A stretch of 64,000 nucleotides of DNA from an uncultured Gemmatimonadales bacterium (GTDB lineage Bacteria; Gemmatimonadota; Gemmatimonadetes; Longimicrobiales; Gaopeijiaceae), in NCBI GenBank assembly GCA_963823035.1, contig CAWGKG010000018.1:128001-192000 (forward strand), in the 5' to 3' direction. Numbering within the stretch: position 1 is the first letter of the stretch; the number at the start of each line of letters is the position of its first letter. The notes under the pieces are model-generated. The model was not told the DNA's origin. It was given only the letters and a program-made list of their open reading frames with translations, and did no database searches. Shown here piece by piece: positions 49,455 to 64,000 of this stretch. Made by a program: the position numbers and the translations under genes.

Positions 49455-51197
49455 CCGCCGGCCTTCTTCAGGCGCTCGAGCTCGCGACGTGCGTCGGGCG
49501 CCACCGCGGCGTTCGGGGAGCGCGTCACGAGGTCCTCCAGGAGCCGGATCGCCTTCTGGCGGCCGTCCGGCGTCGCGGCGTGGAAGCGTGCGAGGGCGAG
49601 CGACGCCTCCGCCGCCTCCGGCGCGTCCGGGTATTCCTCCAACAGCCGGGTCCGCAGGTCGGCCGCGGTCTCCCCGAGATCGGCCAGCCGGGCGGCCTCG
49701 GCGAGCAGCGTGGGCCGCTCCTCCTCCGCCACCTCGTCCACGGAACCGCTCAGGGCGTGGGCCGCCTCTTCCCCCTTCCCCTCGTGCGCACGCACGCCCG
49801 CCTCCGCGACCAGCCCGGCTGCGGGCGGCGACAGCCTACCCAGGAGCCCGGCGAACTGGATCACCTCCGTGGCCTGCGCGGGGGGCATCCCGGGGAGCGC
49901 CAGGAGCAGTGCCTTGCGCCCCTCCGCCACCTGCCCGGCGGCCAGGAGGAGGTAGCCACGCTGGAGCGCGCTCCGCGGACCTTCGATCCCCTCCAGCACC
50001 TCGTTCGCGCCTTCGTCGTCCCCGCGCGCCAGGAGCGCGCCGGCCACGGTCGCCGTCAGCTGGTCCAGCTCGGGCGCGGTCGGGAACTCCTCCCGGAAAG
50101 CGGCGAGCAGGGCCGTCAGCTCGTCCGGCGGTGCGCTCCCGCTCTCCAGCTCGATGACGCGCGCCGTGGCCTGGCGGCGGTCGACCGAGCCGGGCGTGAA
50201 CGAGGCCACCACCCGGCGCTGGGCCTCGAGGGCGGTCGCGCTGTCACCCGTGGCGAGGGAGATGTCCACGAGCCGCTGGTCGAACTGGCGACGCTCGGCC
50301 GGGGAGGCCGCGTCCTGCCCGAGCGCCCCGTAGGCCCATGCCGCCACGTCGCCGAGCCCCGCGTCGCGCGCACGCCGCGCCACGTCCGAGAGGAAGGCGT
50401 CGCGTGCCCGGTCATCGAGGCCGCTCGCGGCGCGGCGAGAGAGCGCGAGCGCCTGGTCCTCGATGCGAAGCTCGAGGGCGATGCTCGCGGCCGTCCGCAC
50501 GCCCTGCGGATCGCGCGAGCCGGCCACGGCCGAGACCAAGGTCACTCCGGCCTCGCGGTTGCCTTCCGGCAGCCCGGCGATGCGGCGGGTGATCGTCCGC
50601 ACGTCCACGCCCTTCCCCGCTGCGGCCCGCGCCCATTCGTGACACCGCGCCATCCACGTCTCCGGACGTCACGAGGAGATCGCCGATCTCGAGCGCGTAC
50701 GCGTCCTCCCGGTGCAGCGCCGAGCGCCCCCGCCGGAGCACGTCGAGGGCCCGATCCGCTCCAAAGGCGCGCTCGTAGATCCGTGCCACCTCGCGGTAGG
50801 ACGCCTCGGAGCTCGCCTGCTCGCCGAGCCACTGCTCCCCCTCCTCGCGCACGGCGTCGAGGGAGTCGAGGTCCGAGAGCACGCGCAGCTTCAGGTAGCG
50901 GACGCCCGAAGCACTCGGGTCGTGCGCGAGGAAGGTGTCCACGGCCGGGAGGATCGCCCGGGGCTCGCCCTTCGTGCGCAGCACGCGCTCCAGCGCGAAC
51001 AACCCCCCGGAAGACGCCGGGCTCGCCACGAGGAGGCGTCGGAGCACGCGCTCGGCGCCATCCAGGTCTCCGCGTGACTCGCGCGCCGCCGCCTCGCGGA
51101 GGAGGCGCGTCTCCTCGACACCCTGCCCCTCGACGGGGCGTGCCAGGGTCACCGAGAGGGCGAGCGCCGCGCACGCGGCCGTCAGGATGCGCCTCAC
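49451..51197 (-). CDS. secreted TPR-repeat protein; frameshift near 50640
   Basis: GTG start overlaps the upstream stop; signal peptide; helical Ala/Leu/Glu/Arg-rich repeats; YPDAPEAAEA. Confidence 0.65.
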
Positions 51198-54100
51198 CGG
51201 CCGCCTCCGGGCGGGGGTCCCCCGCTCCGTCCGCCGGACGGGCTGCGATTGAGCCGCTCGAAGTACTGGATCACGAGCTGGCGGACGGCCGGCGGGAGTC
51301 CCTGGAGCCGCTCGGCGTCGGGCATCTCGTAGCGCAGCACGCCGAGGTCGCCCGCGTCCAGCGGCACGACTTGCGCCCCGTTCGAAGGCCCCGGCCGACT
51401 TCGACTCCCGCTCGTCCGAAGTCTCCTCGTCGTCCTTCTGCAGGCTCCGGCCCGCATCCAGGAGGCGGTGGAAGAGCCGTTCCTGCCGCTCGGTCATGTC
51501 GGGCGTCAGTCGGCCCGCGGCCATCTGCTTGGCGATCGCCTCGGCCTCGGCGGCGAGATCCTGCAGGCTGCCGAGGGACTTCTCCTCGGCGCCCTTCTGC
51601 TCGGAGAGCTGATCGAGGTCCTGGGCGACCGACTGCTGCTGCTCGGCCAGCTGTTGCAGCTGCTCGCGCAGCGCCTGCTCACCGAGCTGCATCGGCGTGA
51701 GCTGGCCCGTCTGGTTGGAGAGCTCGCCCTGCTCCTGGGCGAGCTGCTCGAGCTGCTCGGAGACCTGGTCCCCGCTCTGTCCCTCCCCCTGCTGGCCCAT
51801 CTGCTCGGCGCCGGCCATGGCCATGAGCGCAAGCTGGTTGAGGTCGTCCACGGCGCGCTCGGCGGCGGCCTGCGGAGACTGTGCAGAGCCACGGCGGTTT
51901 TCCATCGCCTGGATCGTCCGTTCCAGCGACTCCATCGCGCGACCCATCTGGGCGGACAACTCGCGGTCGCCGTTGGCGGCGCCTTCGGTGCGCTCCATGA
52001 GCGACTGCGCCAGGTTGCGGACACCCTGCACCAGCGAGGCCTCGTCGCCGCGCATGTTCGTGACCTCGTCCTGGGCGGCGCTCTGCATCTGCTCCCGTAG
52101 CTCGGCCTGCCGGCGGGCGAGGGAGAGCGCGTCGTCCGCCGCCTGGTGCAGCGCCTGCTGCATCGCCTCGGCCTTCTGCTGCTGCATCTCCTGCTGCGCC
52201 TGGTCGAGCTGCTCCGCCGCCTTCTCCATGTCCTGGGCGGCCTGGTCGGCCTTCTTGCCGGCGTCCTGGGGACGCTGGCGCGCCGCGTCCTCCTTCGCCT
52301 TCGACATCTGCTCGCCGGCCTGCTCCGCCTGCTTGCGCGCCTCCTGCACCTCGCGGGCGGCGTCCTTCTCGCCGAGCTGCTCCAGGCGCTCCTGTAGCTT
52401 CTCCATGCGCGACTGCAGCTCCTCGCCCCGATCCTGGAGCTTGGCCTGCTGCTCGGCGCGCAGCTCCGGCTTGTCCTCTTCCTTCATGGCGTCCGCGAGC
52501 GCCTGCTCCTGCTTCGCGAGGTCGTCCGCCTCCCCGCGCGTGGCGCGGAAGTCCTGCTCCACCGCCGCCCGTCGGAAGCGCTCCAGCGACTCCTCGAGGC
52601 GATCGCGGAACTCCTCCTGCTGCTTCGCGAGATCCTGGAGCTGTTGATTCGACTGGCGAACGTCCTCCTGGTCCAGCCCCTCGGCCATCTTGTCCAGCTG
52701 TTGCTGGAGGTCCTCGCCGGCGACCTGCTGCAGCAGCTCCTGCAGCTCCTCCAGGTCCTTCCGCAACTCGGGATCGGCCTGCCCGGCCTCGCGCATGGTC
52801 TCCTCGAGCGCCTCCAGCTCCGCCCGCATGGAGTCGACGCGCCCGGTGAGATCCTTCTGGTCCTCCAGCGCCTTGCGCAACTCCTCCCGGTGCTCGTAAT
52901 CCAGCTGGCCTTGCTGATCCGGGCGGCCGGGTGATTGCGACGCCTCCTGGCGGTCAGCCGCCGCCTGCCGCTCGAGGTCGCGCGTCTCCTCGGCCTTCTT
53001 CTCCGCCTCCTTGGCGAGCTCCTGGAGACGGCTGGCCATGCTGTCGAGCTGCTCCTCCGCCCCCCTGCGCAACTCCGCCGCGTTCGGCATCCTGAGCACG
53101 AACTCGCGCGTCTCTGCGGTATGTCCGGCCGGAGCGTTGTCCACGGCGCGCGCGAAGTAGTGGACCTCGTCGCCGGGGAGGAGGCGCCACCCCGACACGT
53201 CGAGCATCGGGCGTGCGAGGGCGGCGCGGGTCCCGCCAAGGTCGAGCCCCTGCGTGAGGGGAGGCCGGTTCTCGCCGGTCGCCGTACGCCGGTAGGCCAC
53301 CAACTCGAGGCGGCGCAGCCCGTAGTCGTCGTGCGCCTCGAGGATGAGCGGCTGCTGGAGCGTGACCGGGAGGATCGTGTCGCGCCCGGGGATGGGGATC
53401 GTCACGACGGGCGCCGAGTCCGGGACGAGGGTGAGGTCGAGCGGATCGGGCTGCGCGACCGCCGTGGCGCCGTTCGCGTCGCGGAAGTCCCAGGTGAACC
53501 GCCCTCCGGCGCGGGGCGTCCACGCCCCCTCGAAGCGTGCCCCCTCCACGGTCGCCTCGAGCATGGGCGCCTCGGCGCTGTCGGACAGGACGGCGCGGGA
53601 GAGGGGCCTGCTGGCGGAGCCCTCGAAGGACAACTGCGTGCCCACCGGGAGGAAGAGGGGTGGAATCTGGCCGCGGTACTCCTCGGGCTCGAGCCCGGTG
53701 TGCCCGGGATACGTCACCTCCACGCGGAGGTCGCTCACGAACAGCGGGTCCACCGGAACGATGCGATACGGCTCGGAAAGCACCCCGTCGGGCGTGCGCA
53801 CGCGGTACTCGATCGTCGCGGAGACGGCCTCGAAGCGCCGCGTGCCCACCCCGTCCGCGAGCGTGAGCGTCTCGGTGCGCGCCACGTCTCCGGCGGCCTG
53901 CCATGCCAGGTCTGCGCTCGTCCTTCCGGGCGCCTCGACACGCACGTCGACGTCGCTTCCGCGCATGACCTCGATGCTGCCGGGCGTGACCGACAGCGGC
54001 GCGAGCAACGGCTTCGCCATGAGGCGGACGGGCGTGGAGAGGCCGAGCCACGCGCGCCCGGCCCGGGTCGGGGCGGCCACCGCCATGACCGTGAGGATCA

Positions 54101-54593
54101 CGGCCGTCGTGGCCAGCGCACCCGATCCCCGTCGCGTCCACGAGCGCACCGCGGAGCCCAACTCGCCGGAAAGCTCGGGGACGGGACGGTTCAGCTCCTC
54201 CAGCGTCCGCTCCGCCGCCAGGGCCACGAGACTCTCGGAGACGCCGGCCGGGACGGCGCGGGACAGCTCGAGGGAACCCCGCACCACGCCGGGGCGCACC
54301 CCGCTCGCCCGCTCCATGGCGCTGGAGAGCGGCTCCTCCGCGAACCACCGCCTGGCGCCACGGTGGCCCGCGACCAGCAGCGCCGTCGCGACCACGACCA
54401 GCACGACGTCGAGCACGAGCGGCACGCCGCTGCCCTGCCGCCACCCTTCCGGTCCGGCAAGCAGCCAGGCGGCCGCCAGCACCCCGGCCGCCGCCACGAC
54501 CGTCCACAGGAGCACGGCCACGAGCGCGCGCCGCGTCAGGTGGCGACGGACGGCATCGACCAGTCCCTGGAGACGACGCGGAGCCGGGCTCAC
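51194..54593 (-). CDS. DUF4175-like membrane-anchored coiled-coil protein; frameshift near 51370
   Basis: N-terminal TMs, Ig-like region (DDYGL, YFARAVDN), long Q/E coiled coil, RLLDAGRSL, LPPAVRQLVIQYFERL. Confidence 0.7.
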
Positions 54594-55249
54594 GGCACCG
54601 CCTGCCCAAGCACGTACACGAAGAGGTTCACCCCCATACGGATGGCCGCCTCACGGATCTCGGGCGGATCCTCGTGCACTTCGGGATCCTCCCACCCGTC
54701 CCCGAGGTCGGACTGGTAGGAATAGAAGACCACGAGGCGCCCGTCGTGGATGATGGCGAGCGCCTGGGGAGGCTTCCCGTCGTGCTCGTGCACCTTGGGG
54801 ATGCCCTCCGTCAGGTCGTAGAACGCATGGAAGACCGGGTGGTCCGGGGGAAGCTCGACGAGCTCCTCGTCGGGGAAGATGCGTGCGATCTCCCGGCGAA
54901 AGGACTCGTCCATCCCGTAGTTGTCGTCGGCGTGCAGGAAGCCCCCGCCGAGGAGATAGGCGCGCAGCGTGGCGCACTCGGCCTCGGTGAAGTGCACGTT
55001 GCCGTGCCCGTTCATGTAGAGGTAGGGGTGGTCGGTCAGCCCCGGGTCGAGAGGAGTGACCGTGCTCTCGCGCATCGCCACCGGGATGCCGGTCCTGTCC
55101 CGGATCGCCTCCAGCAGGTTCGGAAGCGACGACGGATTGCCGTACCAATCGCCGCCGCCGTCGTAGTGCAGGCGGGTGACGGTGATGGAGTCCGCAGGCG
55201 CGGCGGACGCGGTCAGGACGGCCAGCGCCGTGAGCAGGAGAGCGGTCAT
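54590..55249 (-). CDS. DUF4159 domain protein
   Basis: YDGGGDWY, GGFLHADDNYG, PKVHEHD, DLGDGWEDPEVH. Confidence 0.85.
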   Translation of the reverse strand: MTALLLTALAVLTASAAPADSITVTRLHYDGGGDWYGNPSSLPNLLEAIRDRTGIPVAMRESTVTPLDPGLTDHPYLYMNGHGNVHFTEAECATLRAYLLGGGFLHADDNYGMDESFRREIARIFPDEELVELPPDHPVFHAFYDLTEGIPKVHEHDGKPPQALAIIHDGRLVVFYSYQSDLGDGWEDPEVHEDPPEIREAAIRMGVNLFVYVLGQAVP

Positions 55250-55274
55250 CCGTGAGGCGAGCGGCCTTCCGGGG

Positions 55275-56114
55275 TCAGGATTCTGTGATTTCGTGGACGA
55301 TACGGTACGCGGCGTTGCGCCCGATGGCGAGCCGGCGCGCGACCTCCCTGGCCGTCGCGCTGGGCTTCATCCCCTGGTCGAGCAACGTTCGGGCCACCCG
55401 CCGGGCCTCGTCCTCCACGTCCTCCTCGGAGCCCGTCGGCTCGTCCGCGGGCCCGACCACCACGGACACCTCACCCCGCGGAGGATGCTCACGGTAGTAG
55501 GCGGCCACCTCCGACAGGGTTCCCCGAGCGAACTCCTCGTGGACCTTCGTGAGCTCCCGCGCGACCGCGACGCGGCGCGCCGGTCCGCACGCCTCCGCGA
55601 GGTCGTCGAGGAGCCGCTCCAGCCGCTGCGGCGACTCGAAGAGGACGATGGGCTCCGACGCCTTCGCGACGCGTTCCAGGAGCTCCGCGCGCGCGCCGCC
55701 CTTCCGCTCGGGGAAGCCCAGGAAGGTGAAGCGATCGGCGCCGAAGCCCGACCCGACCAGCGCCGCCAGCACCGCCGACGGACCCGGGATCGGAACGACC
55801 CTGTGGCCCCGTTCGATGACGGCGCGCACGAGCCGTCCACCGGGGTCCGAGACCAGCGGCATCCCCGCGTCGGACACGAGCGCCAGCGTCTCGCCCGCGT
55901 CGAGCCAGGCGAGCACGCGTTCGGTGCGCTCCGCTTCGTTGTGTGCGTGGAGGGACACGAGCGGGACCCGCGCGCCCGCATGATCTGCGAGCACCCGGGT
56001 CCGCCGCGTGTCTTCCGCCAGGATGCGATCCGCCGCGCACAACGTCTCGGCCGCACGCTGGCTCAGGTCCCCCAGGTTGCCGATCGGCGTGCCGACGACG
56101 AAGAGGGTGGCCAC
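55275..56114 (-). CDS. rsmI: 16S rRNA C1402 2'-O-methyltransferase
   Basis: GTPIGNLGD, AEDTR, VSDAGMPLVSDPG, FESPQR, RELTKVHEE. Confidence 0.95.
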   Translation of the reverse strand: MATLFVVGTPIGNLGDLSQRAAETLCAADRILAEDTRRTRVLADHAGARVPLVSLHAHNEAERTERVLAWLDAGETLALVSDAGMPLVSDPGGRLVRAVIERGHRVVPIPGPSAVLAALVGSGFGADRFTFLGFPERKGGARAELLERVAKASEPIVLFESPQRLERLLDDLAEACGPARRVAVARELTKVHEEFARGTLSEVAAYYREHPPRGEVSVVVGPADEPTGSEEDVEDEARRVARTLLDQGMKPSATAREVARRLAIGRNAAYRIVHEITES

Positions 56115-56157
56115 GCGGCGGACTCGGGGACCGGATCGACCTGGCTCTGGATCTCTT

Positions 56158-56493
56158 CTAGAGGTGTTTCTGGATCTTCTCTTCCAGGTGGGGGCGCGGC
56201 ACGAAGCCGATGACCTGATCGACCAGTTTTCCACCCTTGAAGAAGAGGATCGTGGGGATGGACCGCACGCCGTACCGGGCGGAGATGGACGGATTCGCGT
56301 CGACGTCCAGCTTCGCGACCTTCAGTCCCTTCTCCCCATACTCGTCGGCGAGCTCCTCCACGATCGGGGCGACCATACGGCAGGGCCCGCACCAGGTGGC
56401 CCAGAAGTCCACCATGGAGAGCCCGTCGTTGCCCTCGACCTCGGAGGCGAAGTTCTCGTCGTTCACCTCGATGATCGCATTGCTCGTCGCCAT
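56158..56493 (-). CDS. trxA: thioredoxin
   Basis: DFWATWCGPC, SIPT. Confidence 0.95.
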   Translation of the reverse strand: MATSNAIIEVNDENFASEVEGNDGLSMVDFWATWCGPCRMVAPIVEELADEYGEKGLKVAKLDVDANPSISARYGVRSIPTILFFKGGKLVDQVIGFVPRPHLEEKIQKHL

Positions 56494-56577
56494 TCCCGCT
56501 CCTTGTCGTGTCACGGCGTCGGCTCTACGATGGCGCCGACGCCCGTCCCACCCGAGTTCCCTCCGCGCAGGACGCTC

Positions 56578-56988
56578 ATGGACTCTGTCACTCCAGGCGA
56601 GCTTCCCCTGGATCACGTGGCGATCGCGGTCTCCTCACTGGAGCGCGCGTCTCGCCTCTACGAACTCCTCTTGAAGCAGCGCTGTTCCCCACCCGAGACC
56701 CTCACGGCCCAGGGCGTGCGCGTCGCCTTCTGCGGATCGTTGGAGCTCATCGAGCCCCTCTCACCCGACAGCGGCGTCGGGCGCTTCCTCGCGCGCCGCG
56801 GCCCGGGGCTACACCACGTGGCGTATCGCTGCGCGGACCTCCAGGCGGAGTTGGACCGGCTGTCGGGAGAAGGCATCGAGCTGATCGACACCCGCCCCCG
56901 CCCCGCCGCCCGCGGCCACCTCGCCGCCTTCCTCCACCCCCGCAGCACCGGGGGCGTCCTCGTGGAGCTGGTCCAGCACGCCGGCTGA
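56578..56988 (+). CDS. mce: methylmalonyl-CoA epimerase / VOC family protein
   Basis: DHVAIAV, LELIEP, GPGLHHVAY, AFLHPRSTGGVLVELVQ. Confidence 0.8.
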   Translation: MDSVTPGELPLDHVAIAVSSLERASRLYELLLKQRCSPPETLTAQGVRVAFCGSLELIEPLSPDSGVGRFLARRGPGLHHVAYRCADLQAELDRLSGEGIELIDTRPRPAARGHLAAFLHPRSTGGVLVELVQHAG

Positions 56989-57001
56989 GCCCAGCCGCCT
57001 C

Positions 57002-57532
57002 CTACCTCCCCCCCATCACCCGCTCCAGGTCGATCTGCTCCACCAGCCATTGGCCGCCGGAGGCGCGCACCACCACGAACGGGATGTTCGTGACCTTCTC
57101 GCCGGCCACCGTGAGGTCGACGAAGACGCGCGTGGCGTCGTTGAGGCGCCCCGCGACGGCCTCCTCACGCACGATCCGGTAGTCCTCGTGACGGAGCAGG
57201 CGCGCGATCGCGTCCAGGCGGACCTCGACGTCGCGGCGCTTCGTACACGCCGAGCCGCCGAACCAGGAGCCGATCTTCTTGAAGAAGCACCCGAACGTGC
57301 CACCGGTGTCGAAGACCGGTCCGTCGGCCGTACCGAACAACCGGCCCATGGACTCGATGTCGCGGTCGTTCGCCGCCTGCAGGAACCGCTCGACCGAAAG
57401 CTGTGCCACGACGCCCGCCCCCGGTCCACGCTGGACCACGGTCGTACACGCCGTGCCACCCCCCGCCAGCAGCACGGCGAGCGTCCATAGGGACGCGCGG
57501 GTCCGCGCTCGTGAGGAGATCCCAGCCCTCAT
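57002..57532 (-). CDS. hypothetical lipoprotein
   Basis: Signal ending GTAC; VERFLQAAN...WLVEQIDL (NTF2-like pattern). Confidence 0.65.
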   Translation of the reverse strand: MRAGISSRARTRASLWTLAVLLAGGGTACTTVVQRGPGAGVVAQLSVERFLQAANDRDIESMGRLFGTADGPVFDTGGTFGCFFKKIGSWFGGSACTKRRDVEVRLDAIARLLRHEDYRIVREEAVAGRLNDATRVFVDLTVAGEKVTNIPFVVVRASGGQWLVEQIDLERVMGGR

Positions 57533-57629
57533 GACACGCTCCTGACAGGGTGACACCGACGCCTCCGGAGTGGCTCGACACGCGCAGTCGAATCTCGACG
57601 AAAGCGACCGTCGCGGGAACCCCGTTGGG

Positions 57630-60278
<2,649 letters not shown>

Positions 60279-60431
60279 GTCGTCTCTGGCTGTCCGGTCG
60301 CTCTCGTCTTCTTCATGGCGCCCGAAGCCCTGCCACTCTGGCAGACACCGGGCGCCCTCCCCCTGAGAGGGTTCAAGATCCGCGCCACCCGACGGCCCTC
60401 CGTCGGGCGAGCGTGTCCGCCTCGACGTCCT

Positions 60432-61869
60432 CTACGGAAGCGGGTCCCCGACCACGCGCTTCATGCGCGTCCCCGACGGGATGACGTCGTTCACGTCCAT
60501 GCGGTTCAGGCGGGCGATCTCCTCGACCGGCACGGGTGCCGGGTAGCGCTGGTAGAACTCGGCCACCGTCATGCGGCCCGAGGTCGTCACCAGCTGGATC
60601 CGGCGCGGCTGGACGTCGAGGATCTTCCGGTCGGTCACCGGTGCGAAGCTCCCGAGCGCCGCGGACACCTCGTTCCGGTAGGTCGTCCACCGAGCCGAAG
60701 CGGCGTAGCCGAGCATGCGCCAGACCGTGCCCTGGTACGTGAGGAAGAGCGCCTCCCCGCGGATCTCGTTGCCGTCCGAGGTCTGGGCGGTGAAGGGCGC
60801 ACGGTAGCTCGGCACGCCGTGGTCGTTGGCGGAGCGCATCGCCCCGCCCTGCACGCCATCCTGCGCCAGGAAGGCGCGGAGCGCCGCCTGGGCATCGCTC
60901 GCCGAGTCGGCCGGCTCCAGCACGACCAGCGCGTCCCCCTGCCCGCTCACCGCGCCCACCGCACGGGCTCTGGTTGACCGTGTTCCACCCCGCCGGGAAG
61001 CGGAGCTGGAACGCCAGGCCCGGGTGCAGGAAGAGGTTGTCCTTGAAATAGCCCTGCCGCGGGTCCTCGCCGTAGACGATGCCGTCGATGTGCTCGAGCA
61101 GGGCGTCGCGCGCGACCGTGCCGCCTCCCTGCACATGGTTCTCCTGCATGACCTGGCGGATGTGGGCCTCGCGGTTCTCGGGATAGGGGTGCGTCGACTG
61201 CCATTCCGGCACCCGTCCCCCCTCGCCCCCCGAAACGGCGGCCAGCATCTCGAAGACGCCGAGGAGCGCGTCGGCGTCGTAGCTCGCGCGCGTCATGTAG
61301 CGGATGCCGAGCTCGTCGGCCTGTGTCTCGTCGCCCCGGGAGTACTTGAGGTTCATGAGCCCGAGGCCGGCAGAGAGAAGGTCGCCGTACTTCCTGACGT
61401 CCTCGGAGAGGACCATCCCGACGCCCAGGCCGACCTGCTGGAGCTGCTGGCGGCTCATCTGGCTGACGGAGTGCCGCGCGGTCACGTGTCCGATCTCGTG
61501 CCCGAGCACGCCGGCGAGCTCCGCCTCGGACTGGAAGTAGGCCAGGATGCCCCGCGTCACGTAGATGAACCCGCCCGGAAGGGCGAAGGCGTTGACCACC
61601 GGGTCGTCCACCACCTCGAACGACCAGGGGAGATCGGGGCGCTCGGAGGTCGCCGCGAGCCGGTTGCCGATGCCCGACACGTAGCTCTGGAGCGCCGCGT
61701 TGTCCACCAGACCCAGGGAAGACCGGACCTCCTGGTCGGCTGCGCGTCCCATCTGGATCTCCTGCTGCTCGCCGATCAGCGAGAGCTGACGCTCTCCCGT
61801 AGCGGGGTTCACGGCGCAGCCGAGGACGAGGAACGCAGCGAAGGAAACGACGACTCGGACGAGGCGCAC
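60432..61869 (-). CDS. M48 family metalloprotease lipoprotein; frameshift near 60970
   Basis: LGCAVNPATG, NAFALPGG, HEIGH, ETQAD, STHP, LysM-like tail. Confidence 0.88.
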
Positions 61870-62052
61870 TGGGTCTTCTCCTGGAGTTCGGGGTAGCGGT
61901 CGTGCACCCGGGGCGCGACGAAAACGCTTGAGGATCCGGCCGACGGAGCCGACCTTAGGCGTTACCCCCCAGCACCCAGAGCGATTCCTTGCATCCTTCG
62001 ACGCTTTCCACCCGCTCCCGAGGCCCCCCGGAACACGCCGGTTCGTGCGCTC

Positions 62053-63328
62053 GTGTTCTCCGTGGCGTCCCTGGGTATCCCGGTGGTCACGGCGTTCCTG
62101 CGTCCGGAGTGGATCGCGAGCCAGGACGCCTTCCTGGTCTGGCTGCCGGCGCTCGTGCCGCCGTTCCTCCTGGCCTACTACAAGGGTTGGCACGGCGCGA
62201 GCCTTGCGCTGGCGGGGGGAATGGCCACGCTCGCGCTCGTGCACGTGGAGGTCCTCCTCCTGGGGCTCCCGGGGACGCCCTGGCCCTACGTCTTCGCGCT
62301 CATCGTGCTCCTCGTGCTCGTGTCGATCGGCTCCGGCTCCGTGGCCGAGCTGCTGCACCGGGAACGTGACCGGGCCGAGCAGACCGCGCTGACCGACCCG
62401 CTCACCGGCCTCCCGAACCGCCGCCACGCGTCGGTCTTCCTGGATGCCTCGTGGGCTGCCGCCGTCCGCGGGCGCAGCATGGCCCTGGTGATCTTCGACC
62501 TCGACCGCTTCAAGGCCGTGAACGACGTCCAGGGGCACACCGAGGGCGACCGCGTCCTGCGGGCCGTGGGGCGCGTGCTCGCCGAGCGCACGCGGCGGAT
62601 GGACCTCTCCGTGCGCTACGGGGGCGAGGAATTCCTGACGATCCTCATGGACTGCACGATCGAGCAGGCGGAGATCTTCGCGGAACAGGTGCGGGCGCGC
62701 GTGGCGGCGCTGGACTTCTCCTGGGGACGCGTCACGCTCAGCGCCGGCGTGAGCGCGATCGAGCAGGGGATGGGCTCCCCCGACATCCTCGTGGCCGCCG
62801 CCGACCGAGCGCTCTATGCCGCCAAGGACAGGGGCCGCGACCGCGTGGTCCGTGCCGACACCTCGCTCACGCTCGCCGCGGGTGCGCCGCTGCCGGCCCC
62901 GCCCCCGCAGCTGGAGGCGAGGAAGAACCTGATGGGCGTGCGCGTTCTCCTGGTCGACGACGACGAGGCCGCGCTGAGGGCCACGGCGCACATTCTCGAG
63001 CACTTCGGGTGCGTGGTGCGCACGGCCGACACGTCACGGGACGCCCTCGCCATCCTCACGCAGGAGATCCCGGTGGACGTGGTCGTGACGGACATCGTCA
63101 TGCCCGACATGAGCGGGTTCACGCTCATCGACGTCGCCAGCAAGGTGCGCGCGGGGCTGCCCGTGCTGTACGTGTCCGGCTACCCCCAGGAGGAGGTGTA
63201 CTGGGGCGGAATCCCCGGGGCGCGCAGCGCCTTCCTCAGCAAGCCGCTGGAGATCGAGGAGGTGAAGCAGACGCTGATGCACCTCCTCACGCCGCTCGAG
63301 GAGGGCGGAACCGTCCTCGAGATGACGC
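62053..63328 (+). CDS. membrane diguanylate cyclase (GGEEF) with receiver domain; 3' end ambiguous
   Basis: TM helices, [24 protein letters not shown], then VLLVDDD...[10 protein letters not shown]...LSKP. Confidence 0.85.
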
Positions 63329-64000
63329 ATGGCCGAGCGCCGGGAGGCCCGTCCCCGCCTCCTCGCCAACGCCCCCGTGATCGGGCTGGCCGAGCCGCCC
63401 CAGGCACGGGAGCTGGACAAGCGGGATGGACACATCCTGATCGTGGACGACGACGAGGCGGTCGTGGAGACCCTGCAGCGGCTCTTCACCCGTGCCGGCT
63501 ACGAATGCCCGATGGGCGTCACGGACCCCACGCGCGTCGTGGACGTCCTGCGCAGCGAGCCCTTCGACCTGATGATCCTCGACCTGTACATGCCGGGCAT
63601 GGACGGCTTCGAGGTGCTCATGGCGATCTCCGAGGTGTTCGGTTCGGAGGAGTACTTCCCGGTGCTGATCCTCACGGGCGACGACGATCCGCTCATCCGC
63701 CGGCGCGCGCTCGCCGCCGGAGCCATGGACTTCCTGAACAAGCCGTTCGACCCGGCCGAGGCCGAGGCACGCGTGGGCAACCTCCTGGCCGCACGCTTCC
63801 TCAATCAGCGGGTCGCGATGCAGCGTGACACGCTGGAGGAACGCGTCGCGGAGCGCACGGCCGAGCTGGCCGACACCCGCTCCGAGATCCTGCACCGACT
63901 CGCGCGCGCCGCGGAGTACCGCGACGACGTGACCGGACGCCACGCGGAGCGGGTGGGCCTCCTCTCCTCGCGGCTCGCCGCCGAGCTGGGCCTGCCGCCG
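63329..64000 (+). CDS. receiver + HD-GYP phosphodiesterase region (separate gene or frameshifted continuation; runs off the window)
   Basis: Manual translation from ATG 63329: ILIVDDDE...[10 protein letters not shown]...FLNKPFD...[21 protein letters not shown]. Confidence 0.8.
   Translation, partial: MAERREARPRLLANAPVIGLAEPPQARELDKRDGHILIVDDDEAVVETLQRLFTRAGYECPMGVTDPTRVVDVLRSEPFDLMILDLYMPGMDGFEVLMAISEVFGSEEYFPVLILTGDDDPLIRRRALAAGAMDFLNKPFDPAEAEARVGNLLAARFLNQRVAMQRDTLEERVAERTAELADTRSEILHRLARAAEYRDDVTGRHAERVGLLSSRLAAELGLPP

Noticed and set aside
51500..53050. Gln-rich region of the DUF4175-like protein as a second polyQ signal
   Set aside because: Heptad-like Q/E/L/A coiled coil typical of the family, with no long homopolymer.

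Overview
High-GC bacterial chromosomal segment. Gene content and protein style suggest Gemmatimonadota; this is inference only. Most of the window is housekeeping, mainly on the minus strand: gltX, glnS-YqeY, an RND efflux operon with two permeases, ispG, purH/purN, nadA/iscA, gmhB, selA, valS, a DinG-like helicase, a DUF4175/DUF4159 cluster, rsmI, trxA, clpB and c-di-GMP genes. Many of these, including essential genes, carry single-base frameshifts that look like consensus errors. An accessory region of about 12 kb (18335-30228) lies directly downstream of a tRNA-Ser(TGA). Its tRNA-proximal part is mostly truncated or decayed genes. Its distal part is an apparently intact, tightly packed 7-gene operon: three DUF2589/DUF2589-like proteins, a zinc-ribbon protein, an apparently catalytically dead papain-like protein, a 1008-aa caspase-like (CHAT) protease with a 46-Gln tract, and a ComEC/Avs1a-like MBL hydrolase. 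This operon is the best candidate for an undescribed protease-activated defence or cell-death system. All family calls come from motif recognition by eye; no searches were run.
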